IMG/VR virus record: IMGVR_UViG_3300036832_001373
Location: 1 to 64,000 of that record
Direction: 5' to 3' (one strand)
DNA length: 64,000 bases
Origin: a virus
Below, piece after piece: positions 46,599-56,474 of this stretch (the stretch's first letter is position 1; each line of letters starts with the position of its first letter). The position numbers were made by a program, and so were the translations under genes. The notes beneath the pieces were generated by a model that saw only the letters and a program-made list of their open reading frames with translations, was not told the origin of the DNA and did no database searches.

Positions 46599-48353
46599 AT
46601 GTTAACAGTTAGCGAACTTGAAAGGTTGATCGTTGAAGCAGCAGAAAGGTACTATCTAGATGAGTCTAGGATGTCAGATGAACAGTTTGATAAGTACGTA
46701 GAAGAGCTAAGGATACGGAATCCTTCTTCCCCTCTTCTGACTCAAGTTGGTTGGGGATGTATGAGAAAGAGTTATCGTGATAAAGTTCTTCTTCCAGTTA
46801 AGATTATAGCTTCATTACCAAAGGTTCAATACAATAATTTTCTATTAAACGGTGAGATGATAGCGTCTCCTAAAGTAGACGGTATGAGTTGTATCCTCCA
46901 CTATTCAGATGGGATACTTAAGCAAGCTGTAACCAGAGGAGACGGAGAGTTTGGAATTGATATTACTCAAAAGATGAGAAAGATAGGAGTACCAGTAGAA
47001 GTTGATTCTGTAGGAGAACAATTCATCCGAGGAGAACTTTACATAGATACAAGAACTTTTCAAAACTATCTAGCTAATGAATATGCAAACCCAAGAAATG
47101 CAGTTGCTGGAATAATTAATTCAAAAAGTTATGATAGGCTAGAGTTTGTGACTTTTGGAGCCCATCCTCAAGACGATATAACTTGCTTAAGTCACCACGA
47201 CCAAGAACTCTTAAAGATGCTTCCAGAATGGATAATTAAAACAAAGATTAATATTGAGGAGGCAAGAAGACATTCAATAGATGAAGGATATCCAATTGAT
47301 GGTATAGTACTCCATAAGACAGGTTTAGAAGATGCTATAGCTATTAAGTTTGAAACCGAGAGTATGGACACTATTGTACGTAAAATTGAGTGGGAGGAGA
47401 GACGTGGTGGTAAAATGATTCCTATAGTTTTGTATGAACCAGTTAGATTGTATGGTACTGAATGTACAAAGTGTTCTGGATTCAATTATGCTTACATAAG
47501 AGATAATCAAATTGGACCTGGAGCTAAGATACGTTTGACGAAAGCTAATGAAATTATTCCGTACATTACGGAAGTTGTCTCTCCAGGAGAGTTTACAAAT
47601 ATGGAGGACGAGTTTCATGTAGTAGAAGGAGCTCACCTATTCCATCTAAGATTCGATCAGTATAAGTACTCTTTAGAGAAGTTTGTAGCTTGGCATTATA
47701 ATATAGATGGTTTCAAGAGACCAGAAGTTATACTGTATGCACTTGGAGTTACGACTTTCAAAGGATTAGCAAGTCGCATAACATCTATGTCCAAGGAAGA
47801 TATGATTAAGGGCTTGAACAACTATGGAGTATACTCAGTAGCAGAAAAAGTTGCTGATAAACTTAAGTCTAAGATTTATATAAACAATTTCTTTCAACAG
47901 TTCGCTATAAACGGAATAGGTCCAGTTGAAGCTGGAAAGCTACAAAGGTATATACATCAATATTATACTCATGAAAGCTTTGACATGACTAGACTTGGAA
48001 TCAGAGCTAACGTTATATCTGAGTTAAGCAAGCCAGAGATAAGGAATATTATTAGAGAGTGTTTTATAGAATATCACAATGCTAACCTATGGGAAGAGAA
48101 AGTCACGGACGATATCTCTCATAAAGTTAAGTTTTGTATAAGCGGTCGTTTGCCATCTGGACTTAAGAAAGAGCTTTTTGCAAAATTGATGCCAGAGAAT
48201 TATATAATGGTCGATTATGTCGATAAAAGCGTAGTGTGTCTAATTACTAATGAGGATAGTACCTCCAAGGTTAAAACAGCTAGAAGGCTAAACGTTACAA
48301 TCCTGAGTGAAAATGAAGCCAGAGGAGCATTTAAAATTGAAACGAAGGGATGA
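46599..48353 (+). CDS. ligA: NAD-dependent DNA ligase
   Basis: YY....MSD..FD, PKVDG, TRGDG..G.DIT, RGE, NPRNAVAG, DGIV, C-terminal BRCT. Confidence 0.93.
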   Translation: MLTVSELERLIVEAAERYYLDESRMSDEQFDKYVEELRIRNPSSPLLTQVGWGCMRKSYRDKVLLPVKIIASLPKVQYNNFLLNGEMIASPKVDGMSCILHYSDGILKQAVTRGDGEFGIDITQKMRKIGVPVEVDSVGEQFIRGELYIDTRTFQNYLANEYANPRNAVAGIINSKSYDRLEFVTFGAHPQDDITCLSHHDQELLKMLPEWIIKTKINIEEARRHSIDEGYPIDGIVLHKTGLEDAIAIKFETESMDTIVRKIEWEERRGGKMIPIVLYEPVRLYGTECTKCSGFNYAYIRDNQIGPGAKIRLTKANEIIPYITEVVSPGEFTNMEDEFHVVEGAHLFHLRFDQYKYSLEKFVAWHYNIDGFKRPEVILYALGVTTFKGLASRITSMSKEDMIKGLNNYGVYSVAEKVADKLKSKIYINNFFQQFAINGIGPVEAGKLQRYIHQYYTHESFDMTRLGIRANVISELSKPEIRNIIRECFIEYHNANLWEEKVTDDISHKVKFCISGRLPSGLKKELFAKLMPENYIMVDYVDKSVVCLITNEDSTSKVKTARRLNVTILSENEARGAFKIETKG

Positions 48354-48624
48354 CCTTAAAAGGATAATCGACTTGGTTGTCTTAGATACAGGATGCTCTA
48401 GAGCACTTGTAGGAAAGATAGTTGGGTCTTTCCTAGGTAACTATCAAGAAAAAGTAAGTGAAGGACCCGTTTATATAAACGGGTTTGGAGAGATGATTTC
48501 TGAGATTAAAACTAGAAAGTATTTTGATATTAATAGAAGAGTTAAGGATGAGGCTTCAAATCCTAAGATTAAATTTATTCCAAGTAAAGAGTTTCTCAGA
48601 TATATGACTATTCCAAATGAATAA
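48307..48624 (+). CDS. HU/IHF-like DNA-binding protein
   Basis: V.INGFG.....K.RK..D.......KF.PSKEF. Confidence 0.75.
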   Translation: MKMKPEEHLKLKRRDDLKRIIDLVVLDTGCSRALVGKIVGSFLGNYQEKVSEGPVYINGFGEMISEIKTRKYFDINRRVKDEASNPKIKFIPSKEFLRYMTIPNE

Positions 48625-48633
48625 GAATACAAT

Positions 48634-49572
48634 ATGCTCAGAAACAGAGGAGACTTTTTCTTTGGAGAATTTTCCGATCTAAAAGTTCTTGTCAGAAGAC
48701 AAGGAAAGGAGCACATTTACTTATGTCCCTATTGCCAAGAACTTGGAAAGAAACAAGATGACAAAGGTAAATTTTACTTTAACTCAGTTAAAAATGTGGG
48801 ACATTGCTTTGCATGCGAAACTATTATAGTATCCTCAGCTTTGAGATCACTAGAAGTTATACGTCAACAATTAAACGAGAAATCTGAGGGAGAAAAATAT
48901 CTTGAGCAAGTCTTATCAATTGATAGCTGGACTTGTCCAATTGAAGAGGAACGAAGTAGTTACCATTATATGATTAATGATAGAAAAATCTTCACAGAAG
49001 TATTGAGACTGTTTAACGTTAGGGCTTGTACTCGTCCGAGGACTGGAATAGTTTTCTGTAATAAAATTTGGAAAGACGAAATTTTAGGATCTCTAACAGA
49101 TTTTCTTACTATAAGAAATGTTTTCTCACATGTTAAACATACGATATTGCGTGAGCAGGTAAAGCCATTGCTCTGGAGTACTAAACTGTTTAGTCAGAAA
49201 CTTATAGTAGTTGAAGGGACGATATCTGGACTCTCAGCGTATCAGCATTTAGACGGAGAATTGAGTCCGATAGTTTTACTTGGAAAAACTTTATCTGAGT
49301 TTCAAAAAGGCCAACTGAGAGATCTTACTTCAAAATATTATATTAAAGAAATATACATATGTTGCGATGGCGGTTACTTTGAAAATTCTTTGAAGATAGC
49401 TAAAGAAGTTTACTCAATTATAATTGGAACAGAAGTTTTAGTAACCAAACTTCCTTGGAACAAGGATCCAAACCAGTTAACGAGAAAAGAATTCAAAGAA
49501 GCCTTCAGTAAAAGTTGGTTATACGAACCGTTACGTGCATCTTTGATAAGGAAAGAGGCATACAACAAATGA
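48634..49572 (+). CDS. DNA primase
   Basis: CPYC...CFAC zinc finger; TOPRIM VVEG, ICCD, KDPN. Confidence 0.8.
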   Translation: MLRNRGDFFFGEFSDLKVLVRRQGKEHIYLCPYCQELGKKQDDKGKFYFNSVKNVGHCFACETIIVSSALRSLEVIRQQLNEKSEGEKYLEQVLSIDSWTCPIEEERSSYHYMINDRKIFTEVLRLFNVRACTRPRTGIVFCNKIWKDEILGSLTDFLTIRNVFSHVKHTILREQVKPLLWSTKLFSQKLIVVEGTISGLSAYQHLDGELSPIVLLGKTLSEFQKGQLRDLTSKYYIKEIYICCDGGYFENSLKIAKEVYSIIIGTEVLVTKLPWNKDPNQLTRKEFKEAFSKSWLYEPLRASLIRKEAYNK

Positions 49573-49692
49573 GCAACCTTGACTTCGACGTAGCTGAAAT
49601 TAAGATAGCCGAAGCTATCTCTATAGCTATGACAGGACAGGCTAGTCCAGAAGAATGTAAAAGCCTAGCTAAGGCAGCTATGCTGGCATTTC

Positions 49693-50463
49693 ATGAATAT
49701 CTTATTTCAGTCGATTGTTGGTGGGATGAATGTCAAGAATGTGCAGTTGGTCACAAACTTAATAAATGGGTATATAAAGATGTCAAATAAAATGCTCCCA
49801 CCTATTTTTACAACACTTCATCAACTGTCGTCTGTCTCTAGATACTCTAGAGATTATATGACTCATAGAGAAAGTGTTCTTGAACACACTGGATTCGCTG
49901 GACTTTTTGCTCTTTTTATAGCTAAAAGATTAGATAAAGACGTACTTAGTCAAAACCAAGATTTCATAGGTCTTGACTTTGGAGAACTATTAACTAGAGC
50001 GTTAGTTCACGATATTGATGAAACAATTCTTGGAGACATAAGTCGTACTACAAAATACTACGCACCAGAGATTAAAGAAATGTTTAGTAAGATTGAATCA
50101 GAATCAGTAATTGATCTGACAAAGTTTATAGGAGTTGATATAGACAAAGCTTGGAGTAGAGCAAAAGATGCTACTCTCGAAGGTTATATACTTAAACTTA
50201 CTGATCTAGCAGCAGTTGTTTACATAGTATGGAGAGAAGTAACCCTTCTTGGAAATCTCTCAATGCTTAGAGTAGCTGAGGAAGTAGAACAATTTCTAAT
50301 TAAATTCAAACTACCTCATCATGACGAGTTGAGTAAATTCTTTGGAGGTATAGTTGAAGAATTAAAAAGTATAAACAGAATGGCTTTGGATAAGCACCAG
50401 GATCTACTTAAGAACAATCGAGATATGTTGTTTTCGTTTCCAACCTTCGAGAGGAAAGAATGA
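49693..50463 (+). CDS. HD-domain 5'-deoxynucleotidase (YfbR-like; likely start 49780)
   Basis: R.....ESVLEH, ALVHD..E..LGDI...TK, K..D. Confidence 0.85.
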   Translation: MNILFQSIVGGMNVKNVQLVTNLINGYIKMSNKMLPPIFTTLHQLSSVSRYSRDYMTHRESVLEHTGFAGLFALFIAKRLDKDVLSQNQDFIGLDFGELLTRALVHDIDETILGDISRTTKYYAPEIKEMFSKIESESVIDLTKFIGVDIDKAWSRAKDATLEGYILKLTDLAAVVYIVWREVTLLGNLSMLRVAEEVEQFLIKFKLPHHDELSKFFGGIVEELKSINRMALDKHQDLLKNNRDMLFSFPTFERKE

Positions 50464-52364
50464 ACCGAGAAAAAGTTAGTCAGCTAGTTAGAGATAAAAT
50501 TCTAGTCGAATTACTAGACGACAGATTGCTTTGTGCTTCTGGATTTAGTATCGACTTCTACCTAAGTAAGTCGTCCTTAAAAGAAACAATCTACCAAGAA
50601 ACAGATTTTCTAAGAAAAGAATCTAGACTTGTTGAGAGAGTCTACTGTTATGTACATGACTTAAAGGAAAAACCTAGATGCGTTATATGTAGGAAAGTGA
50701 CAAAATTTAGAGATTTCCAAGCTGGGTATCAACATACATGTTCGAGAAAATGTTTAGGCGTAGTAAAAATGAGAAATTATAACTTTGGTGAAAAGTATTC
50801 TGAATCTAGAAGACTAAGAAACATAGAAGGAGGAAAACGTTTGAGAGAATGGTCTAATTCAGAAGAAGGGATTTTAGCAAAGAGAGAACTTGGAGGATTT
50901 ACCTCCTACGGAGGAGGTTCTAAGTACGAAGACTATGCTTGGGTATATTTAGAACCATTAGGATTTGTACGAGAATTCAGAGTGAATTCTCAGGGAAAGT
51001 TTTATAAATTTGATTTCTTCAGTAAGAAGTATAATCTATTAATTGAATTAGATGGGTCAATTCATAGACATCCAAATAGGAAAACTCAAGATCAAGAAAA
51101 GACAGAAGTAGCTAAAGATCAGAAATATAACTTGTTAAGATTAATTCATAACGATAGTTTCCAGGAAATTTGGGAGTCCCTTAGAAAAGAGTTATCCACT
51201 TACTTAAGTGATGAAGAAAAAGAGGTCTTAAATATAAGATTAGTTCAAGATAAAGTTGAATTACTGTCATCTACATACGACTCTAAAATATCAGTTGAAG
51301 CCTGGGTTCATTCTAGACCAAAGGAAGAGTGGGATAATATCGATTGGCAGTCAGTTATCTCTATAGACGCACCAGTAAACGAGTTATACTCTATAGCTCT
51401 AATAATACGAGCTCCAATCTACGTAAGAGACATGATATTCTCCTTAAGAGACTATAGTGGATGGTCCCAAACAACCAGAGTATTACCAATACAAGAGATA
51501 TTAGATATCTCTTATTCTTCTAGAAACAAATTTAATAAATATATAGAGATATACAAAGAGATTCTTAAACTTAGGAGAGAAGGATTATCTCAAGATAATT
51601 TTAGACTGGAGCTGCCACTCTCATTTAGTTCAGAATTCTGTCTTAGTATCTCGTTAAGAAGTCTAGTTAAATTAGAAAAATACCTAAATAAATTTTCATT
51701 GGAAACTAAATGTTTAGGATTAAAGGAATCTCTAATCAGCATTAGTTCTCAGATAAAAGAAAGAATTCAGGAACTGCTGGAGGGTAATCAAGAGGATTAC
51801 CAGAAATGGTTTAAGAACTATTCAATACCAGAATTTTTAGGTTCTCTAGACAAAGAACTAGATATCTCTGAGAGATATGGGGATGCAATTATTATTGGTA
51901 CAAAAGTACCTCTAGCCTTAAGAGCTCAGATTATTAGACATAGAAATTTGATATTTTCAGATTCTTTTAAGAAAATTCTTCTAGAACAAGATGCAGATGA
52001 AAGACAAATTAAAGACGAAGTTCACATGGAAATATTTTCGACTGTTGAGATGTGGAACTCTATCTTAAAATCTAGACAATGTTGGATTTCTCAAGGAGAT
52101 CTTTGGTCTCCTATTATAAATAAGGCATTGAAACATACAACGATAACAGAAAAAGATCTACCATGTGCCGATGGAACTTGTCCTTATTCCAGAGATGCTG
52201 AGATACGATACACAATAAATGATCCAGGAAGTCCTTGTCCACTTTATTCTCTAAGAAATAGAAAGAAACTTACAGAACAAAAACTACAGTCATTAAGGAC
52301 TGACTTAGAGAGTAGACCAGAGTTTTGGAAGAGTATCTCAAAAGAACTAGAAAGGATGGGATAG
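50460..52364 (+). CDS. Vsr/DUF559-like endonuclease fused to a divergent two-domain ThyX-like enzyme
   Basis: N-terminal CVIC...CSRKC, FDF....LLIELDG..H; C-terminal R..LPL.......S.RSL, RAQIIRHR, R.CW..Q. Confidence 0.6.
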   Translation: MNREKVSQLVRDKILVELLDDRLLCASGFSIDFYLSKSSLKETIYQETDFLRKESRLVERVYCYVHDLKEKPRCVICRKVTKFRDFQAGYQHTCSRKCLGVVKMRNYNFGEKYSESRRLRNIEGGKRLREWSNSEEGILAKRELGGFTSYGGGSKYEDYAWVYLEPLGFVREFRVNSQGKFYKFDFFSKKYNLLIELDGSIHRHPNRKTQDQEKTEVAKDQKYNLLRLIHNDSFQEIWESLRKELSTYLSDEEKEVLNIRLVQDKVELLSSTYDSKISVEAWVHSRPKEEWDNIDWQSVISIDAPVNELYSIALIIRAPIYVRDMIFSLRDYSGWSQTTRVLPIQEILDISYSSRNKFNKYIEIYKEILKLRREGLSQDNFRLELPLSFSSEFCLSISLRSLVKLEKYLNKFSLETKCLGLKESLISISSQIKERIQELLEGNQEDYQKWFKNYSIPEFLGSLDKELDISERYGDAIIIGTKVPLALRAQIIRHRNLIFSDSFKKILLEQDADERQIKDEVHMEIFSTVEMWNSILKSRQCWISQGDLWSPIINKALKHTTITEKDLPCADGTCPYSRDAEIRYTINDPGSPCPLYSLRNRKKLTEQKLQSLRTDLESRPEFWKSISKELERMG

Positions 52365-52367
52365 GAA

Positions 52368-52886
52368 ATGAGCTCACACTTCGAATGGGATGTGTACGCT
52401 GCGGGACCTTTCTTTACTTCAGCACAAAAAGTTGTAATGAATGAGGCACTAAGTGTCCTAAGATCTGCAGGACTTAAGGTTTGTGATCCGAGAGAAGTTG
52501 GACCAGTTATTACTGACATCCCCTCAGAAGAAAAACGTCCTGAACTTTTTAGACAGATTTTATCTGGGAATGTGAATGGAATCGAAAGAAGCTACGCAAT
52601 TATAGCTTGTATTGACGATCGAGATATAGGCACAGCTTGGGAACTAGGTTATAATTATGCTCTTACTAGAGCTACAGGAAAATTTCGTCCAAGAATTACA
52701 TTCTCAGCCCATGGATATGGCACCAATTTGATGATTGCACAATCTGTCAATGTGCATTGTAAGTCCTTGTCTGAACTATCATCAACTATAGGTGCAATTG
52801 GAGTCTATCTAAAAACTCGAGATGAATTCTTTCTTAGAAATTACTTTCATACTCATAAAGATACACTGGCACCTGTTACGAGTTAA
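52368..52886 (+). CDS. Nucleoside 2-deoxyribosyltransferase / NMP glycosidase family protein
   Basis: VYAAGPFF, P, D.GTAWELGY, NLMI. Confidence 0.85.
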   Translation: MSSHFEWDVYAAGPFFTSAQKVVMNEALSVLRSAGLKVCDPREVGPVITDIPSEEKRPELFRQILSGNVNGIERSYAIIACIDDRDIGTAWELGYNYALTRATGKFRPRITFSAHGYGTNLMIAQSVNVHCKSLSELSSTIGAIGVYLKTRDEFFLRNYFHTHKDTLAPVTS

Positions 52887-52912
52887 GGGAAAGTTAGCCC
52901 TGGAACGTTGAC
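52885..52912 (+). promoter_or_regulatory. Phage promoter motif copy
   Basis: AAGGGAAAGTTAGCCCTGGAACGTTGAC. Confidence 0.7.
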
Positions 52913-53149
52913 TTTTGGAGGAAAAGAGTATGACTTCAGAGGAGCTGGAGTTACTCGCTGAAGCTCAACATAAAAAGTTTCGTTCATCAAACGACTTAGC
53001 CCCTCCATGGAATGGTGTCCATGAGAAGCACCGAGAACGTATTCTAGCAGCTCTAGAATGGGCTTATAAAGATCGTTGGAGTACGTCGTCAAAGTTTAGG
53101 AGACTAGTGTCAAGTATACAAATGATGATTATCAAACTGTGAGGTAACA

Positions 53150-53554
53150 ATGGCTGAAGACAGGTCTCTATCAGGATTTATCAAAAATCAAAATAAAACC
53201 AAACTTCACCTTGAACTTGAGATGGTCAAGGAACTTGATAGTCTTCTGCAGACTAAGACTACAGACTATGGACCAGTCTGCGAAGTTATAGACTTGGTGT
53301 TCGATGTCACTGGTTACGCGAAAGCTCACATCCCAGGTGGAGAAGCTCAGGTAGCAGGTAGGTGTTTAGCGAAACTAGTTAGATATCTGAACCTCAGAGC
53401 TAAAGAGGTTAGTTCCGGAGCCCTTCCGGACACAGAATCCTTGGAAGATTCTCTCAGAGACTTCTTAGGAGAAACCGTTCGTCTCTATGGAGAGACGATG
53501 GCAAACCGTGGTGCAAAAATAGTTCATGTAACCCCTGAAAAGAAAGCTAGCTGA
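53150..53554 (+). CDS. MazG-related nucleotide-modification-associated helical protein
   Basis: K..DYG ... KL.R..NL ... ES.EDS..D. Confidence 0.55.
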   Translation: MAEDRSLSGFIKNQNKTKLHLELEMVKELDSLLQTKTTDYGPVCEVIDLVFDVTGYAKAHIPGGEAQVAGRCLAKLVRYLNLRAKEVSSGALPDTESLEDSLRDFLGETVRLYGETMANRGAKIVHVTPEKKAS

Positions 53555-53566
53555 AAGGAGCTTAAG

Positions 53567-54691
53567 ATGGCTGACGGTAACAATAAGAAGTACTCGTTTA
53601 CTTGGAGTGATGATGATATTAAAGGAGTAACTGAACAAGCGGAAAGATTTCGAGAGGACTATAAGAAATCTAGTAATTTCCAGGCTGGAATACCAATTTG
53701 TTTCTTTGGAGAAGGAAATTATATCTTCAGAATCTATCCAGATCGGGACCAACACGGATTTGCACGTATACTTAAGCGTGCCTATTTCCACAATAGAAAA
53801 ACTGGAGTCGAAGGACTTTATCTAAGATGTTGGGAGGATGATAGAATCAACAAACTTTTCAGAGAAGCAGAGGAAGCAGGCTTGGAGAAGATTTGGGGAA
53901 ACTTCATGTATGCATATCGTTCACAGGAACGAGGCTATATGATGGTTCATTTGTATGATTCTCCTCCAGGAAATGAATATGCTCTACCAAAGAAATCATA
54001 TGGAGCAGTCTTAGATAGACGTCAGATATTCGCAATTCAAGATTTTATAGCAGAACTTCATCCAGACGATAAACGTCAGATGCTGGATCCTAACAACGCT
54101 GCTCCAGCAATTAAGCTTAGTATTGCTAAGGGAGCTGGAAAGGCAAACGTCTCTTGCGGTATTGCGAGTATGCAGAGGTTGGAACTCCCTCCTCTAGAGT
54201 TTAAAGACGAGGATGGTGCTCCAATTGAGTACAAGGGGTTGGATCATATTTATATAACCGAGAATGATAAAATCTCGGACGAAAACTTCTTCAAGCTCAA
54301 ACAAGCGGTAACACAAGAAATCATAAACTTTAAGTCGGCAGGTGGAAATGTCAAGGATCTCTCGTCAGAAGGACATAAGATTGGGGATAGAACTGCTGAC
54401 AAACCTGAAGAAGTTAAGGAAACAAAGTCTGAGCCAAAGAAAGAGACGACTACTTCCAAGTCTGAGGCTAAACCCGTCACAGCGGAAGTAGTTCCAGAGA
54501 CAGTGAAGACAGAGGAATCTGGAGTTAGATGTCGTCTTGCAGAACAAACACTGGTCTCTCCAAGTTTAAAAGAAGCATACCCAAATGCCGCATTTGGTAA
54601 TAAGCCAGACAAGGTAACACCGTACTGCATGGTTTGTGATTGGGAAAGTGAATGTAAGATCCTAACTGAGAAGAAGAAGGCCGCAGCATGA
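53567..54691 (+). CDS. Putative single-stranded DNA-binding protein (gp32-like)
   Basis: EGNY.FRIYP motif, acidic low-complexity tail, position near recA. Confidence 0.45.
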   Translation: MADGNNKKYSFTWSDDDIKGVTEQAERFREDYKKSSNFQAGIPICFFGEGNYIFRIYPDRDQHGFARILKRAYFHNRKTGVEGLYLRCWEDDRINKLFREAEEAGLEKIWGNFMYAYRSQERGYMMVHLYDSPPGNEYALPKKSYGAVLDRRQIFAIQDFIAELHPDDKRQMLDPNNAAPAIKLSIAKGAGKANVSCGIASMQRLELPPLEFKDEDGAPIEYKGLDHIYITENDKISDENFFKLKQAVTQEIINFKSAGGNVKDLSSEGHKIGDRTADKPEEVKETKSEPKKETTTSKSEAKPVTAEVVPETVKTEESGVRCRLAEQTLVSPSLKEAYPNAAFGNKPDKVTPYCMVCDWESECKILTEKKKAAA

Positions 54692-55176
54692 TGAAATATA
54701 CGATCTATCATGTACCAAAAGGTCCTAAGAAAAAGATAGGAGCCACCGATGACTACCCTAATCGCTGCTACGATCAAGGATTCAAGGACGGAGAATTCTA
54801 CGTTGAGGACCAGATATCTAAGGTATGTGGAACTGAGTTTGCAGGAAAGGTGGAAAGATTTTGGCAGTGGTATTACGGACTAGAAGAACCTAGTAATACG
54901 ATTCAGTACCATAAAAGTGCATTTGTTACAGGGGCTGCACAAAGGGCTTCGTTAGTCAGTCCAAATCACATTGCTAAAACTGGAAGGACTGGGTTCCAAA
55001 CTAGAGTAGCTAATAGAGCATCTGTAGAAAGTCCTAATCATATCTCTAAAACAGGTCGGTCTGGATTCCAATCAGGAGCTTCTAGAAGAAGGACACCGTG
55101 TCCCGAGTGCGGAAGAGTAATGGCTCTAACAAATCTAGGTCGTCATAGAAAATCTAGACATGGTATAGTTGCATGA
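54688..55176 (+). CDS. Putative GIY-YIG-like homing endonuclease upstream of recA
   Basis: YTIYH...KIGAT...R, E.FWQWYYG, two SPNHI.KTGR.GFQ repeats, CPECG..H. Confidence 0.55.
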   Translation: MMKYTIYHVPKGPKKKIGATDDYPNRCYDQGFKDGEFYVEDQISKVCGTEFAGKVERFWQWYYGLEEPSNTIQYHKSAFVTGAAQRASLVSPNHIAKTGRTGFQTRVANRASVESPNHISKTGRSGFQSGASRRRTPCPECGRVMALTNLGRHRKSRHGIVA

Positions 55177-56474
55177 TCCATAAATGGACTCATGACATAA
55201 TCCGGACTCCGATTGACACGATAAATGTCATCGGAGCCGGAGGTGTCGATCAAGGAACAATAACTGAAATAGCTGGTCCTCCTGGGTCAGGAAAATCGGC
55301 TTATGCATATGGAACCGCTTCCAATTTTCTAAAGGACAATCAGGAAGGAGTGGTAGTTATCCTTGATCCTGAGCTTTCAGTGGATCTAATTAGATTGGAG
55401 TATACATTTGAGCTAGACATGAGTAGAGTTATCATCAACAATGCTAGAACTTTGGAAGATGGGTTTACTGAGATATTTAAAATTCTTAAGGATCAGACTA
55501 CATCCTCTACTGTAGATACTACAGTTGAATCGTTCTTAGCAGGATGGAAACTAGAAGATGCAATGAAACTTCTTAAAGAAATTAAGATTGATTTTAATCT
55601 ATCTTTATTAGACGAAAACGTGCAAACTGATCAAGAAGTTATAATGAAGGCTAGGAAAGACATAGCTACTATATTAGCTTTTAGGGGAAAGCTTAAACCC
55701 AGAAAACCTGTTCCTATTTTGATAGTTTGGGATACCATAGCTGCTAGCAAACCAAAAGCAGAAGTTGAAGCAGCGATGAGCGGTAAGGATCCTATGAATG
55801 CTGGAGGGATGGGTTTAAGAGCTAGAGTTCTAGAGATTAATTTAGCAATTGTTATGGCCTCTCTTTATGAGAGACCAGTGACTGTGTTTCTTTTGAATCA
55901 GATACGAACCTCTGGATTTGGAACTTACGGAGGACCAAAGGAAGGATCTTCTGGAGGCAATGCTTTGAAGCACGCCAACCATTACTATCTTTGGTTTTCT
56001 TGGAGTAAAAAACTCTACGATGAGAAAACTAAGATGTATATAGGATCTAAAAGTAAGGTTTCAGTTTTGAAGTCTAAGTTTGGACCAACAATTGAAAATA
56101 TACCAATTTATATTAATGATCAGGTTGGAGGGAAAATAGTTTCTGACAATGAACCAGCGTTGGTGGCTATAGATATAGGATTTATTTACTCTTCTGGAGC
56201 TTGGTGGAAGATTAAAGGAGATCAATCGTCGTATAGGTGGGATAAAACTGAAAGGGGTGGGTATATAACAAATAATCCCGAGGTTAGAAAGAGGTGTATT
56301 GAAGCTATAGTACGGCACTTTAGAAAGAACTACTTTACCCTAGACATAGTTTATAAGAAATTAGGAGTAACACTTGGACAATTAACTGACGAAGAGACTG
56401 AGACTCGAAACTCTATATTCAATAAGTCCGCTTTTAAACCGATTCTTCAGGAGGAGAAGATCACAAATGACTAA
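55173..56474 (+). CDS. recA: RecA/UvsX recombinase with internal insertion
   Basis: ITEIAGPPGSGKS, DPE, IVWDTI, NQIR, GGNALKH, KSKF. Confidence 0.9.
   Translation: MIHKWTHDIIRTPIDTINVIGAGGVDQGTITEIAGPPGSGKSAYAYGTASNFLKDNQEGVVVILDPELSVDLIRLEYTFELDMSRVIINNARTLEDGFTEIFKILKDQTTSSTVDTTVESFLAGWKLEDAMKLLKEIKIDFNLSLLDENVQTDQEVIMKARKDIATILAFRGKLKPRKPVPILIVWDTIAASKPKAEVEAAMSGKDPMNAGGMGLRARVLEINLAIVMASLYERPVTVFLLNQIRTSGFGTYGGPKEGSSGGNALKHANHYYLWFSWSKKLYDEKTKMYIGSKSKVSVLKSKFGPTIENIPIYINDQVGGKIVSDNEPALVAIDIGFIYSSGAWWKIKGDQSSYRWDKTERGGYITNNPEVRKRCIEAIVRHFRKNYFTLDIVYKKLGVTLGQLTDEETETRNSIFNKSAFKPILQEEKITND

Noticed and set aside
49693-50463. DatZ / Z-base (diaminopurine) system
   Set aside because: HD protein is generic YfbR-like and no PurZ is present in the window
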